DNA of 64,000 nucleotides from Desulfosudaceae bacterium (lineage in GTDB: Bacteria; Desulfobacterota; Desulfobacteria; Desulfobacterales; Desulfosudaceae): assembly GCA_963674745.2 (NCBI GenBank), contig CAXXDV010000001.1:2336001-2400000 (forward strand). The letters are read 5' to 3'. This document shows, in pieces, positions 9,108 through 19,087 of the stretch. The notes beneath the pieces are model-generated. The model was given only the letters and a program-made list of their open reading frames with translations. It ran no database searches and was not told the DNA's origin. A program made the translations under genes and the position numbers. Numbering within the stretch: the stretch's first letter is position 1; each line of letters begins with the position of its first letter.

Positions 9108-10286
9108 ATGTGTCAAAGCGCAGGTGACGGGTTGTCTGTTATGTTAAATCAAGACTCATACCCTTGTTGGGATGCTGCCAATTGTACCCTGTTAAAGGAG
9201 TCAAAACATAAACGGCTCCTGCGCGGTCCCGGTGATCCCAAAGCCCCGCATAAATTATTTTTGATTAAAATATATTTTTATCCGGGTCTCTGGCAGCGGT
9301 TAAAATATGTTTTCCGCCGGGGCCGGGCGCAGCAGGAAATGGCTCTGGCCGGGCGCATAAAAGCAAAAGGTATTCCGACAATTGTGCCCCGGCAGACGCG
9401 GGACATCAGAAAACGGGGGCTTTTGCATAAAAGCATTATCGTAACGGAATACCTGCCGGGATGTATGAACCTGGAGGAACTGCTCATCAAACAGCAACTT
9501 TCCGACTGGCATTTGAAACGAAAAGTACTGAATGAATATGGCCGGCTGGCGCGAAGGATTCATGATCAGGGGATCTTTCAGGATGATTTCGATCCGAATA
9601 ATATTTTGTATCAGCCCAAACCGGACGGGACATTCCAGTTGTATTTTATTGATCTTGAGAAAACCCGGCTGGTTGAAACCATCGACGCAAAGCAAAGAAT
9701 CCATATCCTGGCCAAACTGAATCGTATGGGACAGCGGCTGGGCGCTACCGACCAGATGCGCTTTCTGGCGGCCTATCTGGGGCCGCAGACGGGCAGGCGG
9801 GAAAGAAAGCAATGGGCGAGGTGCATCAAGCGTGAAGAAAAGCGCGTGCGGTTAACTGATCGGCGCAGGGCCTGGAGAAAAAGCACGTCTGTCGGTAAAA
9901 AAATCGGCTTTATCCGGCACGACGGTTATCAGGGATATTATCGGAAAAGGCACCATTCACGGGAATGCTATACCAGCGCCGATATCATCGGTCTTGTTCA
10001 GGCCATTGAAGATAATATCCCGAAACAATCAGTCCCGGTTGGCCGGTCTATTACCGTCACCGCGCGACTGCATGACACAGAATCGTCATTCCGGGTTTTG
10101 CCTTTTGAGTATGGCGGTTTTTTTCATTGCCTGCCCGGCACGAGAAATAAAACGCCGCTTATTAACGCCTGGCGGGAAGATAACGGCTGTCTTAAAAACA
10201 GGTCCGCCGATTTCATGCCGGTGGCGGCCGTGGGAAAAAGAATCGCCTGGAACCGTTATCACGGCTACCTGATCCGTCAGATTTGA
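9108..10286 (+). CDS. LPS kinase, WaaP/InaA family, with C-terminal extension
   Basis: IKIYFY, RAQQE, GIPT, VTEYL, QDDFDPNNIL, FIDLE, LAKLN, MRFLAAYL. Confidence 0.8.
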   Translation: MCQSAGDGLSVMLNQDSYPCWDAANCTLLKESKHKRLLRGPGDPKAPHKLFLIKIYFYPGLWQRLKYVFRRGRAQQEMALAGRIKAKGIPTIVPRQTRDIRKRGLLHKSIIVTEYLPGCMNLEELLIKQQLSDWHLKRKVLNEYGRLARRIHDQGIFQDDFDPNNILYQPKPDGTFQLYFIDLEKTRLVETIDAKQRIHILAKLNRMGQRLGATDQMRFLAAYLGPQTGRRERKQWARCIKREEKRVRLTDRRRAWRKSTSVGKKIGFIRHDGYQGYYRKRHHSRECYTSADIIGLVQAIEDNIPKQSVPVGRSITVTARLHDTESSFRVLPFEYGGFFHCLPGTRNKTPLINAWREDNGCLKNRSADFMPVAAVGKRIAWNRYHGYLIRQI

Positions 10287-10301
10287 GTTGTGGAGAAATC
10301 A

Positions 10302-11084
10302 ATGGAAATTTCAGCTATCATAATGACCTATAATGAAGAACAGAATATCCGCCGTTGCCTGGTGTCCTTGCGGGACATCGTTGATGAAATCGTGGTGGTC
10401 GACTCCTATTCAACCGATAAGACCGAACAAATCTGTCGGGAAATGGGCGTGATTTTTATGCAGCATAAATTTGAAGGATATATCGAACAGGAGAGTTACG
10501 CCCTCGGTAAAACGCGTTATGATTTTGTCCTGTCTCTTGATGCGGATGAAGCACTATCCGATAAACTCCGGGAATCTGTTCTGGCTGTCAAGAACGACTG
10601 GGGCAGTGACGGCTACGCCTTTAACCGGCTGACCAATTACTGTGGAAAATGGATCCGGCACTGCGGCTGGTATCCCGACATAAAAATACGGCTGTGGGAC
10701 AAGCGAAAAGGGGGCTGGGGAGGGGTCAACCCTCATCCCCGGGTGATTATGCACGAGGGGACCACTGTCAAGCACCTGGAAGGAGATTTGCTTCATTACT
10801 CCTATTACAGTGTCCGGCAGCAGGTGGAACAGATCAACAGCTTTTCCGATCTGGCTGCCCGGGCGGCTGATGACAAAGGGAAAAGGTCTTTTTTTATAAA
10901 AGACATTCTGCTTAATCCCGTGTTTACCTTTATCAAAATGTATATCCTGCAGAGGGGGTTTCTGGACGGTTATTTCGGTTTTGTGATTTGTGCCAATTCC
11001 AGTTATGGAAAGTTTTTGAAGTATATCAAGCTGCGGGAAATACGGATGCAGAAAAGCAACGCATTACCTGATCAGCCGGAGTAA
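10302..11084 (+). CDS. GT2 beta-1,4-glucosyltransferase-like protein (WaaE/KdtX/LgtF type)
   Basis: TYNEE, VVDSYSTDKT, LSLDADE, GWYPD, LLHYSY, RGFLDG. GGAG RBS before ATG 10302. Confidence 0.92.
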   Translation: MEISAIIMTYNEEQNIRRCLVSLRDIVDEIVVVDSYSTDKTEQICREMGVIFMQHKFEGYIEQESYALGKTRYDFVLSLDADEALSDKLRESVLAVKNDWGSDGYAFNRLTNYCGKWIRHCGWYPDIKIRLWDKRKGGWGGVNPHPRVIMHEGTTVKHLEGDLLHYSYYSVRQQVEQINSFSDLAARAADDKGKRSFFIKDILLNPVFTFIKMYILQRGFLDGYFGFVICANSSYGKFLKYIKLREIRMQKSNALPDQPE

Positions 11085-11122
11085 ATGAATTGCATCGCTT
11101 TCTGTGCGAACGAAGTCCCTGG

Positions 11123-11296
11123 AAGGGGCCAAGGGTTCAAGGATTCAAGGGGTCAAGTAAACGGCTGCAAATTTAAATCTTATGCGTCTCTGAATGTTCG
11201 GTCTATGGGGCAATGCCTGGATATTATAGGCAGACTGTTCAATTCCCTTGGCCCCTTGGCCCCTTGGCCCCTCGACCCCTTGAATCCTTGAACCCT
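11123..11296. repeat. Inverted pair of 8-bp tandem-repeat arrays enclosing an ~87-bp spacer
   Basis: Left arm GGGGCCAA-GGGTTCAA-GGATTCAA-GGGGTCAA. Right arm (CCCTTGGC)x3-CCCTCGAC-CCCTTGAA-TCCTTGAA-CCCT. The arms are complementary at 25/26 positions. Confidence 0.85.
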
Positions 11297-11318
11297 GCTA
11301 AATGTTGCACAGCGGGTA

Positions 11319-12512
11319 TTAATCAGGAGCTTCCGACTTCTGAGCGGCAATACCGGCCGTCAGGGCCAGCGGCAGCCAGAAAAAGAACCAGAACGGACCG
11401 GGGTGGGTAATCACTTTATCCTGGTCGATGAGAATATTACCGGCGCCGAACAGAATCAATGCCAACAGGATGATATCCCCGGTCAGGAAATAGTGGCGCA
11501 GGCTCTCCCTGAAGGCCATGGCCAGCAGAAGCAGAAAAATAAAAAGGGCCGCCAGACCGCCGTACAGGACCATCCCCAGATAGACATTGTGCGGGTGGTA
11601 TAACAAGAAACCGTCGTTTGCCCTTATCTGCTGATCGGTGGTTATGCCTTTGCCGAAGAACACATCCCCTTTGATCATATTGATCGTTTTCTCGGCCAGT
11701 TCGATGCGATAACTCAGCCCCCGCTGGGTCACCGCTTTTTGGATCGAATCGTTTTTTGTGAAAAGGGTTGCACCGAGAATAATGATACAGGCCAGAACGA
11801 TCAGCAGCTTGAAATCCCGTGTCAGCAGGCCGCCGACAATAAACGTGATCAGCAAAATCCCGAGCGGTCCGCGGCTTTGCGTCAGTACAACCGAACCGGC
11901 GACGATCGCCGCCATCATACCGTATAACCACCGGCGTTTACGGTCGGGGGTTTTTTTCATGATATAAAAATATATGATCAGTACGATCATGCCGTAAATG
12001 ATCCCACCGAAAACGGCATTATGAAGCTGGTCTGCGATGTATTCCAGCCGGGCAGCGGGGAAAGGAGCGGCGTGATAAAAATAGAGCATGGAAGCCACCG
12101 CTGTCGCCGTGCCGATCCAGGCCAGAAAAGAGAACAGTTTTTCAACAAACCGGGGACCGGTTAACGACAGTTCCATGGTCAGGCTGAAGAAGACAAACAG
12201 ATAAACCACCTTGCGGATATAATAGGTGGCGCTTTTGTCCCCGGTGTTTTTTTCCCACAGGATGGTCAGCACGAGGTAAACCAGGAGGGCCATGGTGACC
12301 AGCCAGATCCTTGAACCCAGAAAAAACCGGATTTTGGTTTTGTTCAGTGAAAGCAAATAGACCGGAATGATAAGTCCGTAGAACAGGTTGCAATGCAGGC
12401 GGAGATTGGGGGAAACGAAAAAAATCAGCACAAAGAGAAAGTACAGTTTAAGATTAATCTGCTTGTCTTCAACAAAAGCCAGGATGTTTGTCCGTAAGTT
12501 CGCAACGTTCAT
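11319..12512 (-). CDS. O-antigen ligase family protein (WaaL-like)
   Basis: About 12 TM segments, LTQSRG, SYRIEL, FFGKG, HPHNVYL..L..GGL. Confidence 0.88.
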   Translation of the reverse strand: MNVANLRTNILAFVEDKQINLKLYFLFVLIFFVSPNLRLHCNLFYGLIIPVYLLSLNKTKIRFFLGSRIWLVTMALLVYLVLTILWEKNTGDKSATYYIRKVVYLFVFFSLTMELSLTGPRFVEKLFSFLAWIGTATAVASMLYFYHAAPFPAARLEYIADQLHNAVFGGIIYGMIVLIIYFYIMKKTPDRKRRWLYGMMAAIVAGSVVLTQSRGPLGILLITFIVGGLLTRDFKLLIVLACIIILGATLFTKNDSIQKAVTQRGLSYRIELAEKTINMIKGDVFFGKGITTDQQIRANDGFLLYHPHNVYLGMVLYGGLAALFIFLLLLAMAFRESLRHYFLTGDIILLALILFGAGNILIDQDKVITHPGPFWFFFWLPLALTAGIAAQKSEAPD

Positions 12513-12547
12513 GTCGGTCGACTTATCCGGTTTAAAGGGTTGATTTT

Positions 12548-14050
12548 TTAAGGCGCCAGCTTCGCAAGATCAAGGCCGAAAGGCAAGGTGTTTTTCTCCC
12601 TGGTGACGGCCCATATTTTTCGATATGCCTGACGCCGTACCGCTCTGGATGGCAGTTCCTCCCGGCAATAATAATGAAAAAAACGCAACCGGTCTTTTAA
12701 GGTCAGGTGACTGCTGATGGATGCGTTCAGTTGGGCCAGGTTGATCAGTTTTTTGGGCCATGGCAGGTGGCGACGGATTTTGACGCCATCCAGATCGACC
12801 ATCATGAATTGATTGTCCAGGGCCAGCACATTGCTGGATTTGAAATCACGCTGCCAAATGTTCAGGTCGTGACAGGCGCGAAGCCAGGCGGCAAACGCCC
12901 GTATGGCGGCTTTTTTCCCCGTACGGCTCATATCCGAAGAAAGGTAATCGTTGAGTGGCAGACTGTCGCTGTAATATGATGCCAGAAAATAAGTCATACC
13001 ACCCGCGTCAAAGTAAGCCAGGGCGGCAGGGACGTTTATGCCTCTGACCGCCAGCATTCTGGCCATCTTCCAGCCGGCCAGCGAACGATCCTTGTGGAAA
13101 AGTCTTTTGTTGTGAATTTTAATGCAAACGTTTTGATAAACCATCAGCTTATCGTCTTTGATCAGGTGCCCCCGGTCCAGAGCGTTCTGCAGTTCCTGTT
13201 TACCCCACTTGAAATCCCTTCGTTTAAACCCTTTTAACCCCTGGCCATTTCTGATGACTTGAAATTCGGTGCTGTTTTTCATGCATCTTGCCGCGCGGGA
13301 GCGATAATGCCGTTGCTGCCGGCGGTCAACGATAGCCGCTACTTTACCTGAATCAACAGGTTCTTCCTGGCTCTGATTGTAGACATTTAAGAATTCCTTC
13401 AGGGCCACCGGGCATTGCGTCCGGCAATGAAGGTGCCACCAGAATTGTGCCAGGTTGGAAATTTTCAGTTTTCGGGGCAGCCGGGGAAGAAAATACGTTT
13501 CCTGGACATCGAGTAATACCGGCTGATCATTCCGGTCCAGAAGCAGGTTCCCGGGATGGAGATCCCGGTGATAAATCCCCCTGTCATGTAAAACGGCCAG
13601 GTGGCCGGCCAGTTTAAGCACCTGTTCACGGCTTTTGCAGTCGATTTCCGAGCCCTGAACTGCCTCTGTGACAAGAAAAAATCCTTGCCCCGGGAATCTG
13701 CCCTTATAGCCGAATAAAACACGCTTTGGCGCCGGAATGGATTTTTGCGCCAGCCGGGATAAATTTCGCCATTCCGTTGTCATGCGCCAGGGAAGCAGTA
13801 AAAAACGCAAGCGGTCTTTTTTTCGGCGCAACGGACTGAGTTTAAGAAAAAAAGTGCCGGCGTCGGTTTTAACGGCATACACCTCCCGGCGAAACCGGTC
13901 GGAAACAATAAAGAATCGCTCGACATTATCCGTCAACCAGTTGATTTTAAAATGGGCGTATGCCGGGTCCCGGACAATCCGGCAGGCATTAATAAAATCG
14001 TATAAACGGGAGGCGGAAGAACGGTCAACCGGTTCAGGATTCTGATTCAT
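12548..14050 (-). CDS. Tandem two-domain LPS kinase (WaaP/InaA family)
   Basis: Domain 1 has HRDLHPGNLL...LLDVQ. Domain 2 has QRDFKSSNVL...VDLDGV, NLAQLN and DRLRFF. Confidence 0.85.
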   Translation of the reverse strand: MNQNPEPVDRSSASRLYDFINACRIVRDPAYAHFKINWLTDNVERFFIVSDRFRREVYAVKTDAGTFFLKLSPLRRKKDRLRFLLLPWRMTTEWRNLSRLAQKSIPAPKRVLFGYKGRFPGQGFFLVTEAVQGSEIDCKSREQVLKLAGHLAVLHDRGIYHRDLHPGNLLLDRNDQPVLLDVQETYFLPRLPRKLKISNLAQFWWHLHCRTQCPVALKEFLNVYNQSQEEPVDSGKVAAIVDRRQQRHYRSRAARCMKNSTEFQVIRNGQGLKGFKRRDFKWGKQELQNALDRGHLIKDDKLMVYQNVCIKIHNKRLFHKDRSLAGWKMARMLAVRGINVPAALAYFDAGGMTYFLASYYSDSLPLNDYLSSDMSRTGKKAAIRAFAAWLRACHDLNIWQRDFKSSNVLALDNQFMMVDLDGVKIRRHLPWPKKLINLAQLNASISSHLTLKDRLRFFHYYCREELPSRAVRRQAYRKIWAVTREKNTLPFGLDLAKLAP

Positions 14051-14319
14051 ATATTTATTTCATAAAAAATATTGGCAGTTGGTGGCAGGTCACCTGCTCC
14101 CGTTCGGTTTTTTTGCAGCCGAACGGAATTTTGTGTAATAAATCAAAAGGTTTTTCTCGGTGATGGCCATTCTTCATTTTTATCCCTTTTATCATAAAAC
14201 AAATTGAATTGGCAACAAACAAGGACGCTTACAGCCCGGCTAGCGGGATTTGAATGGTTGACACCTCTTTTTAAGCGCTGTTATATTAGCCATCTGATTT
14301 ATAGACGAAAGGATAGAGT

Positions 14320-15156
14320 ATGTTGCTGAAAAACCTGCAACGCAAGCTGCGTCTGGTACGCCAGTACGCGGTTTCCAAAGCGCGCGCGCCACAGTACCAT
14401 GATGTTTTCGAAGGCGTTGAAACATACTGCATGTTTATCGGGTATCCCCGAAGCGGACACACCCTGGTCGGGTCGCTGCTGGACGCGCACCCGGAGGTTG
14501 TGGTGGGCAACGAACTCAATACCATTCGATACGTACGGTACCATTTTCGCCGGGACCAGATCTACTGGCTGCTGCTTGAAAATACCCGCCATTTTTCCCA
14601 AAAGGGACGCTGGCATACGGATTATCTTTATGCCGTTCCCGATCAGTGGCAGGGGCGCTACAAACGGCTGCGGGTGATCGGCGATAAACGGGGCAGCGGA
14701 TCAGTCAAGAAGATTTACGCCAATCCCCGGCTTTACCGGCGCCTGGTTGACATGGTGGGGGTGCCGATCCGTGTGATTCATGTCGTCCGCAATCCCTTTG
14801 ATAATATCAGTACCATTTTTCTCAAAGGCCGGAGCAAGAATTTTCAGGAAAGTATCGACTATTACTTCTTTCTGGCAGAAGAAGTGAGCAAGCTCAAACA
14901 GGTCATCGGCGAGGGCAACATACTGGAAATTCACCATGAGGATTTGATTCGTGATGTCCCCTCCCACCTTCAGAAGTTGACCGCCTTTGTCGGTGTAGAG
15001 GCAACGCCGGATTACCTGGAGGCCTGCAGCAGCATTGTCTTTTCCAGGCCCCATCAGACGCGCAATGACGGACCTTGGACCGAGGCGTTGATCAAAGAGG
15101 TCAGTGAGCGAATGCAGCAGTATCCTTTTTTAGCGGCCTATTCTTTTAATAACTGA
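14320..15156 (+). CDS. PAPS-dependent sulfotransferase family protein
   Basis: 5'-PSB loop FIGYPRSGHTLVGSLLDAHPE, GDK, and 3'-PB motif HVVRNPFDNIST. Confidence 0.88.
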   Translation: MLLKNLQRKLRLVRQYAVSKARAPQYHDVFEGVETYCMFIGYPRSGHTLVGSLLDAHPEVVVGNELNTIRYVRYHFRRDQIYWLLLENTRHFSQKGRWHTDYLYAVPDQWQGRYKRLRVIGDKRGSGSVKKIYANPRLYRRLVDMVGVPIRVIHVVRNPFDNISTIFLKGRSKNFQESIDYYFFLAEEVSKLKQVIGEGNILEIHHEDLIRDVPSHLQKLTAFVGVEATPDYLEACSSIVFSRPHQTRNDGPWTEALIKEVSERMQQYPFLAAYSFNN

Positions 15157-15189
15157 TCACATCAAAGCGGTTTTTACTGGCTGTAAACT

Positions 15190-16329
15190 ATGAAGATTAT
15201 ACATCTTCTCAGCAACTGGAAGTGGACGGAACGTTCAGAGCTGGTCGTCGAACTGGCGTTATCACAGCGCCGGCTGGGGCATCAGGTCTGGCTTGTTTGC
15301 GGGCAGCCGTCACCGGAAGATGGTGAGGTCCTGGATGTGTCGTTTCATGCCGGACAAAAAGGGCTTGAAAATATAATTGTTTTACCTGAAATGAGCAAAC
15401 ACATCCGGATTTTTTCCCTGCTCCGGGGCAGCCGGAGGCTTCGGGGTGTCTTTGATCGTATCGGGCCGGATGTCGTTCATTGCCATATGCGCAACGCCCA
15501 CCTGCTGGCCGGCCTGGCCCGCAGGAAAAGCATGAACCCGCTCTGGATACGAAGTGTCTATAATCCCGAACAGGTGGCCCGGGATTATCGTTCCCGCTGG
15601 TGTTATCGCAATTGTACCCGGGGGATCATCGTGGTCAGTGAGAAGGTCCGTCAATCGGTTTTATGCCGGAGATTCCCGGTCGAGAACGTCATTGTTTTAC
15701 AACCGGGTATCGATCTGGAACGGTTTTCACCGGAAAGGGAATTGGCCGATCAGACCCTTTATTTTGAGCTTCCTGATGATGCCTTTGTGGTCGGGGTGGT
15801 CAGCCGGATACGGCCGACGCGTCGTCTGGATATCCCCTTGCATGTCATTCAACGGTTGAAAGATCAGTACCCCCGGTTAAGACTGCTTCTGGTGGGCCGG
15901 GGGCGTCCCGGCGCGTTTGAAAGGGTCATTGAAAGACCGGCAGCCGAACTTGGCATCCGGGGCAGAATTATCCAGGCAGGATACTGTATGGGGGATGATC
16001 TGGTGGCCGCCTATCGTCGCATGCAGGTTCTGCTGTATCCCATCCCGGGGACCGACAAAACCTGTCGGACGGTCAGAGAGGCCCTGGCTGCCGGTGTTCC
16101 GGTGATTGCGCCGGACATGGAATTTCTGCCGGAGTTGATTGAAAACGGGCAAAACGGATATCTGGTCGATCAATCCCCGCAGGGATTTGCTTCGGCCCTG
16201 GCAGAACTGATGGATTCCCCGGAGACGCTGGACAATATTTCCCGCCAGGCACTTTCCTCGGCCAGGGAGCGGTTTAACTGGGGGGCGCTTGCGGAAAAAA
16301 GCCTTAAATTTTATGAAAGACTTATCTGA
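15190..16329 (+). CDS. GT4 glycosyltransferase
   Basis: PDVVHCH, PGIDLERF, VGVVSRI, REALAAGVPVIA, ENGQNGYLV. Confidence 0.9.
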   Translation: MKIIHLLSNWKWTERSELVVELALSQRRLGHQVWLVCGQPSPEDGEVLDVSFHAGQKGLENIIVLPEMSKHIRIFSLLRGSRRLRGVFDRIGPDVVHCHMRNAHLLAGLARRKSMNPLWIRSVYNPEQVARDYRSRWCYRNCTRGIIVVSEKVRQSVLCRRFPVENVIVLQPGIDLERFSPERELADQTLYFELPDDAFVVGVVSRIRPTRRLDIPLHVIQRLKDQYPRLRLLLVGRGRPGAFERVIERPAAELGIRGRIIQAGYCMGDDLVAAYRRMQVLLYPIPGTDKTCRTVREALAAGVPVIAPDMEFLPELIENGQNGYLVDQSPQGFASALAELMDSPETLDNISRQALSSARERFNWGALAEKSLKFYERLI

Positions 16330-16398
16330 CGGTGAACATGGCTGTTTTTTTGATCCCTCTGCCGGACAGGTGGCGGGAACGGATCCGATGGGGGTGTA

Positions 16399-17274
16399 AT
16401 GGTGGTAAACCAGATCACTGAACGGTCCCGGACAAGTGCCGGGGCGGATTGCAGTGTCCTGATCGCCACTTATAACCGGCCCGGTACACTCAAACTGCTG
16501 TTAACGGCACTGAATATCCAGACCGTAAAGCGATTTGAAGTTCTGATCTGTGACGACGGGTCAGGACCTGAGACGGCGGAGATGATCACGTCAATCCGCC
16601 AGACCCTTGACTTTAATGTCCGGTATATCCGGCATGAAGACCAGGGATTCCGCAAGGCCATGATCCTCAACCGGGGTATTCTGGCATCCGGCACGGATTA
16701 CCTGCTTTTCCTCGATGATGACTGCATTCCCCACAGTCGCTATATTGAAAGCCATCTGAGGAAAAAAAGTCCGGGCACCCTTGTGTTCGGGAAGTTTGTC
16801 AGAATCCGGCCGGAGCTGATCGGTTTGATCACCGAAGACCTGATACAAAACAGGGGCATGGAGAAAAAGCCGTTTTTTACGCCGGGAAAAAAGTTCGGCC
16901 TGGTGATGAACCGGTTACGGTTTTACAGGCACCTGTTGCAGAAGAATTCTTTACGGCCAAAACTGTATGGTGCGAATTTCGCCGTGGACAAGCCCTCCCT
17001 GTTTAAGGTGAACGGTTTTAACGAGGCCTTCGAAGGCTGGGGTTATGAGGACAATGAACTGCGATTACGCCTGGTCAACAGCGGCATCAGAATGCGGGAA
17101 GCCATTACAGAAGCCATTGTTTTTCATCTCGTGCTTCAGGAACACAGAAAATCCTGCCAATATGATTCGGGACGCCTCAACAAGGACCTGTTTCTTCAGC
17201 AAAAAAATGAGCAATGGGCGTTGCGCGGCCTTCGTCAGCACAAACAGGCAGTAAAAGAACAGGAAACGATTTGA
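16399..17274 (+). CDS. GT2 glycosyltransferase (GT7-like C-terminal motif)
   Basis: IATYNRP, CDDGS, GFRKA, FLDDDCIP, VNGFNEAFEGWGYED. Confidence 0.92.
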   Translation: MVVNQITERSRTSAGADCSVLIATYNRPGTLKLLLTALNIQTVKRFEVLICDDGSGPETAEMITSIRQTLDFNVRYIRHEDQGFRKAMILNRGILASGTDYLLFLDDDCIPHSRYIESHLRKKSPGTLVFGKFVRIRPELIGLITEDLIQNRGMEKKPFFTPGKKFGLVMNRLRFYRHLLQKNSLRPKLYGANFAVDKPSLFKVNGFNEAFEGWGYEDNELRLRLVNSGIRMREAITEAIVFHLVLQEHRKSCQYDSGRLNKDLFLQQKNEQWALRGLRQHKQAVKEQETI

Positions 17275-17313
17275 TAAGAACATCATGCGTTATTGAAAAG
17301 AGCCTTACCGATC

Positions 17314-18360
17314 ATGACAATTAAACCGGAGAAAATGGTTGTCTTCTGCCCGAACTGGGTTGGTGACGTGGTCATGGCCACCCCGGTCTTTGACTGCCTG
17401 CGTCAGAATTATGCGCAGGCACACATAACGGGTGTGATCCGGAAATATGCCGCCGGCGTGATCAAGGACGGCCCCTGGTTTGATGATATTATTGAGCTTG
17501 ATGAGGATAAAACCCCTGGCGGCTTTATGGCCGGTGTCCGCGACGTCAGAACCGCCCGGCCGGATATGGCCATTGTCCTGCCCAACTCGTTCCGATCCTC
17601 CCTGATTGCTTTTCTGGGCGGGGCGAAAAAACGGTACGGCTATAAAAGGGCTTTACGGTCTTTTCTGTTGAGCGGCGGTCCCAGGCCATTGAAGGCGGGG
17701 CATGACATCAAGCCGGTGCCCATGGCTGAATATTATATGGCGGTCTGCCGCTATCTCAATCTTAACCTGCCGGAAAAAACACGACCGGAACTGTATTTTT
17801 CCGAATCAATCCGGGAAAAAGGAGAGTCGCTTTTTGAAAAGTATCATATTCAACCGGGTGAGATGTTGATCGGCTTGAATCCCGGCGCGAAGTTCGGCGC
17901 CTCAAAATGCTGGCCGCCGGAATATTTCGCCAGATTGGCGGAAGGGATCAGTAAAAAATGGGCTGGCCGGATCCTGCTGCTGGTCGGGCCCGGGGAAGAT
18001 GAAATCGCAGCCTCAATCATCAAGTCCAGCAGTGCGGAGATTATCAATACCGGTCCCGACAAAGTGGATCTTGAACTGTTAAAGTATGTGATCAGCCGGC
18101 TGGATCTTCTGGTAACCAATGACACCGGCCCCCGGCATTACGGGGTGGCCTATGACATTCCCACGGTGGTGATCATGGGGCCGACCAATCCCGACTATAC
18201 GGCCGCCAATCTTGATAAAACCGTTGTCCTGCGTAAAATCCTGGACTGCTCCCCCTGCCATGAAAAAACATGCCCGCTGGGTCATCATCAATGCATGACC
18301 CGGATCATGCCGGAAGAAGCCCTGGCGGCGTCTGTTCAACTTTTGGCCAGCCTGCGCTGA
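17314..18360 (+). CDS. waaF: ADP-heptose:LPS heptosyltransferase II (GT9)
   Basis: PNWVGDVVMATP, LPNSFRS, NPGAKFGASKCWP, VTNDTGPRH, GPT, CSPCHEKTCPLGHHQCM. Confidence 0.9.
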   Translation: MTIKPEKMVVFCPNWVGDVVMATPVFDCLRQNYAQAHITGVIRKYAAGVIKDGPWFDDIIELDEDKTPGGFMAGVRDVRTARPDMAIVLPNSFRSSLIAFLGGAKKRYGYKRALRSFLLSGGPRPLKAGHDIKPVPMAEYYMAVCRYLNLNLPEKTRPELYFSESIREKGESLFEKYHIQPGEMLIGLNPGAKFGASKCWPPEYFARLAEGISKKWAGRILLLVGPGEDEIAASIIKSSSAEIINTGPDKVDLELLKYVISRLDLLVTNDTGPRHYGVAYDIPTVVIMGPTNPDYTAANLDKTVVLRKILDCSPCHEKTCPLGHHQCMTRIMPEEALAASVQLLASLR

Positions 18361-18377
18361 AGATGATAAACGATTAA

Positions 18378-18908
18378 ATGGACGTGATACACCGAAACCT
18401 CTGCCGCTACCTTGAGGTCGAAGCGTTTTTGAACGAATTCTTCAGGTCCTTTGATTACTGTTTTGAACAATGCATTAAAAAGGAACTTGAACAAAACGGC
18501 GGCAACCCGGTGGCGGCATGCTGCCGGAATAAATACTACCGGCTTTATGACCTGGACCATCCCGCCTTTGATCTGCTTAGAAAGGAACGTGAACAGCGGT
18601 ATGGACAGCCTGGTGACTATCTCTGGCCATCTCCTGTCTCGCCATGCGAGTATCACAACCCATCTGAAGGTTGTGTTCTGACGACCCATAAAAGCCCCAT
18701 CTGCCTGGCTTTTATGTGCCGTGAAAGTATCGACTTTCTGAGGGAAAACTATGATATTTATAGCTATGATTATCTCGGCATGCACTATGCCCTGGAGTGG
18801 ACCCTGACCGGTGACTTTTCAGACAGGCAGTACCGGGAACTGAAGGACAGCATTAACGGCATGATCGTATCGATTGAAAACAGGAACCGATCAATCATCC
18901 GGACCTGA
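18378..18908 (+). CDS. Cysteine-cluster protein, possibly YkgJ-like (Zn or Fe-S binding)
   Basis: Spacing CxxxC...CC...PC......GC......PxCxxFxC. Confidence 0.6.
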   Translation: MDVIHRNLCRYLEVEAFLNEFFRSFDYCFEQCIKKELEQNGGNPVAACCRNKYYRLYDLDHPAFDLLRKEREQRYGQPGDYLWPSPVSPCEYHNPSEGCVLTTHKSPICLAFMCRESIDFLRENYDIYSYDYLGMHYALEWTLTGDFSDRQYRELKDSINGMIVSIENRNRSIIRT

Positions 18909-19087
18909 AATAGGCCTTTTTCCTGCTTTTCAAAACGAGTCCATTTTTTTGGAAAACGTCACCTGACAATTTATTTTTGTATAAAAACAATTGGTTAACG
19001 TTTTGTATGTGCCTTCCACAGTGAAATTGAGTCCTGAAAATCAGTACAAAACAATCTGTTGCGATTTTTCCCATCCGGCTGATTTTC

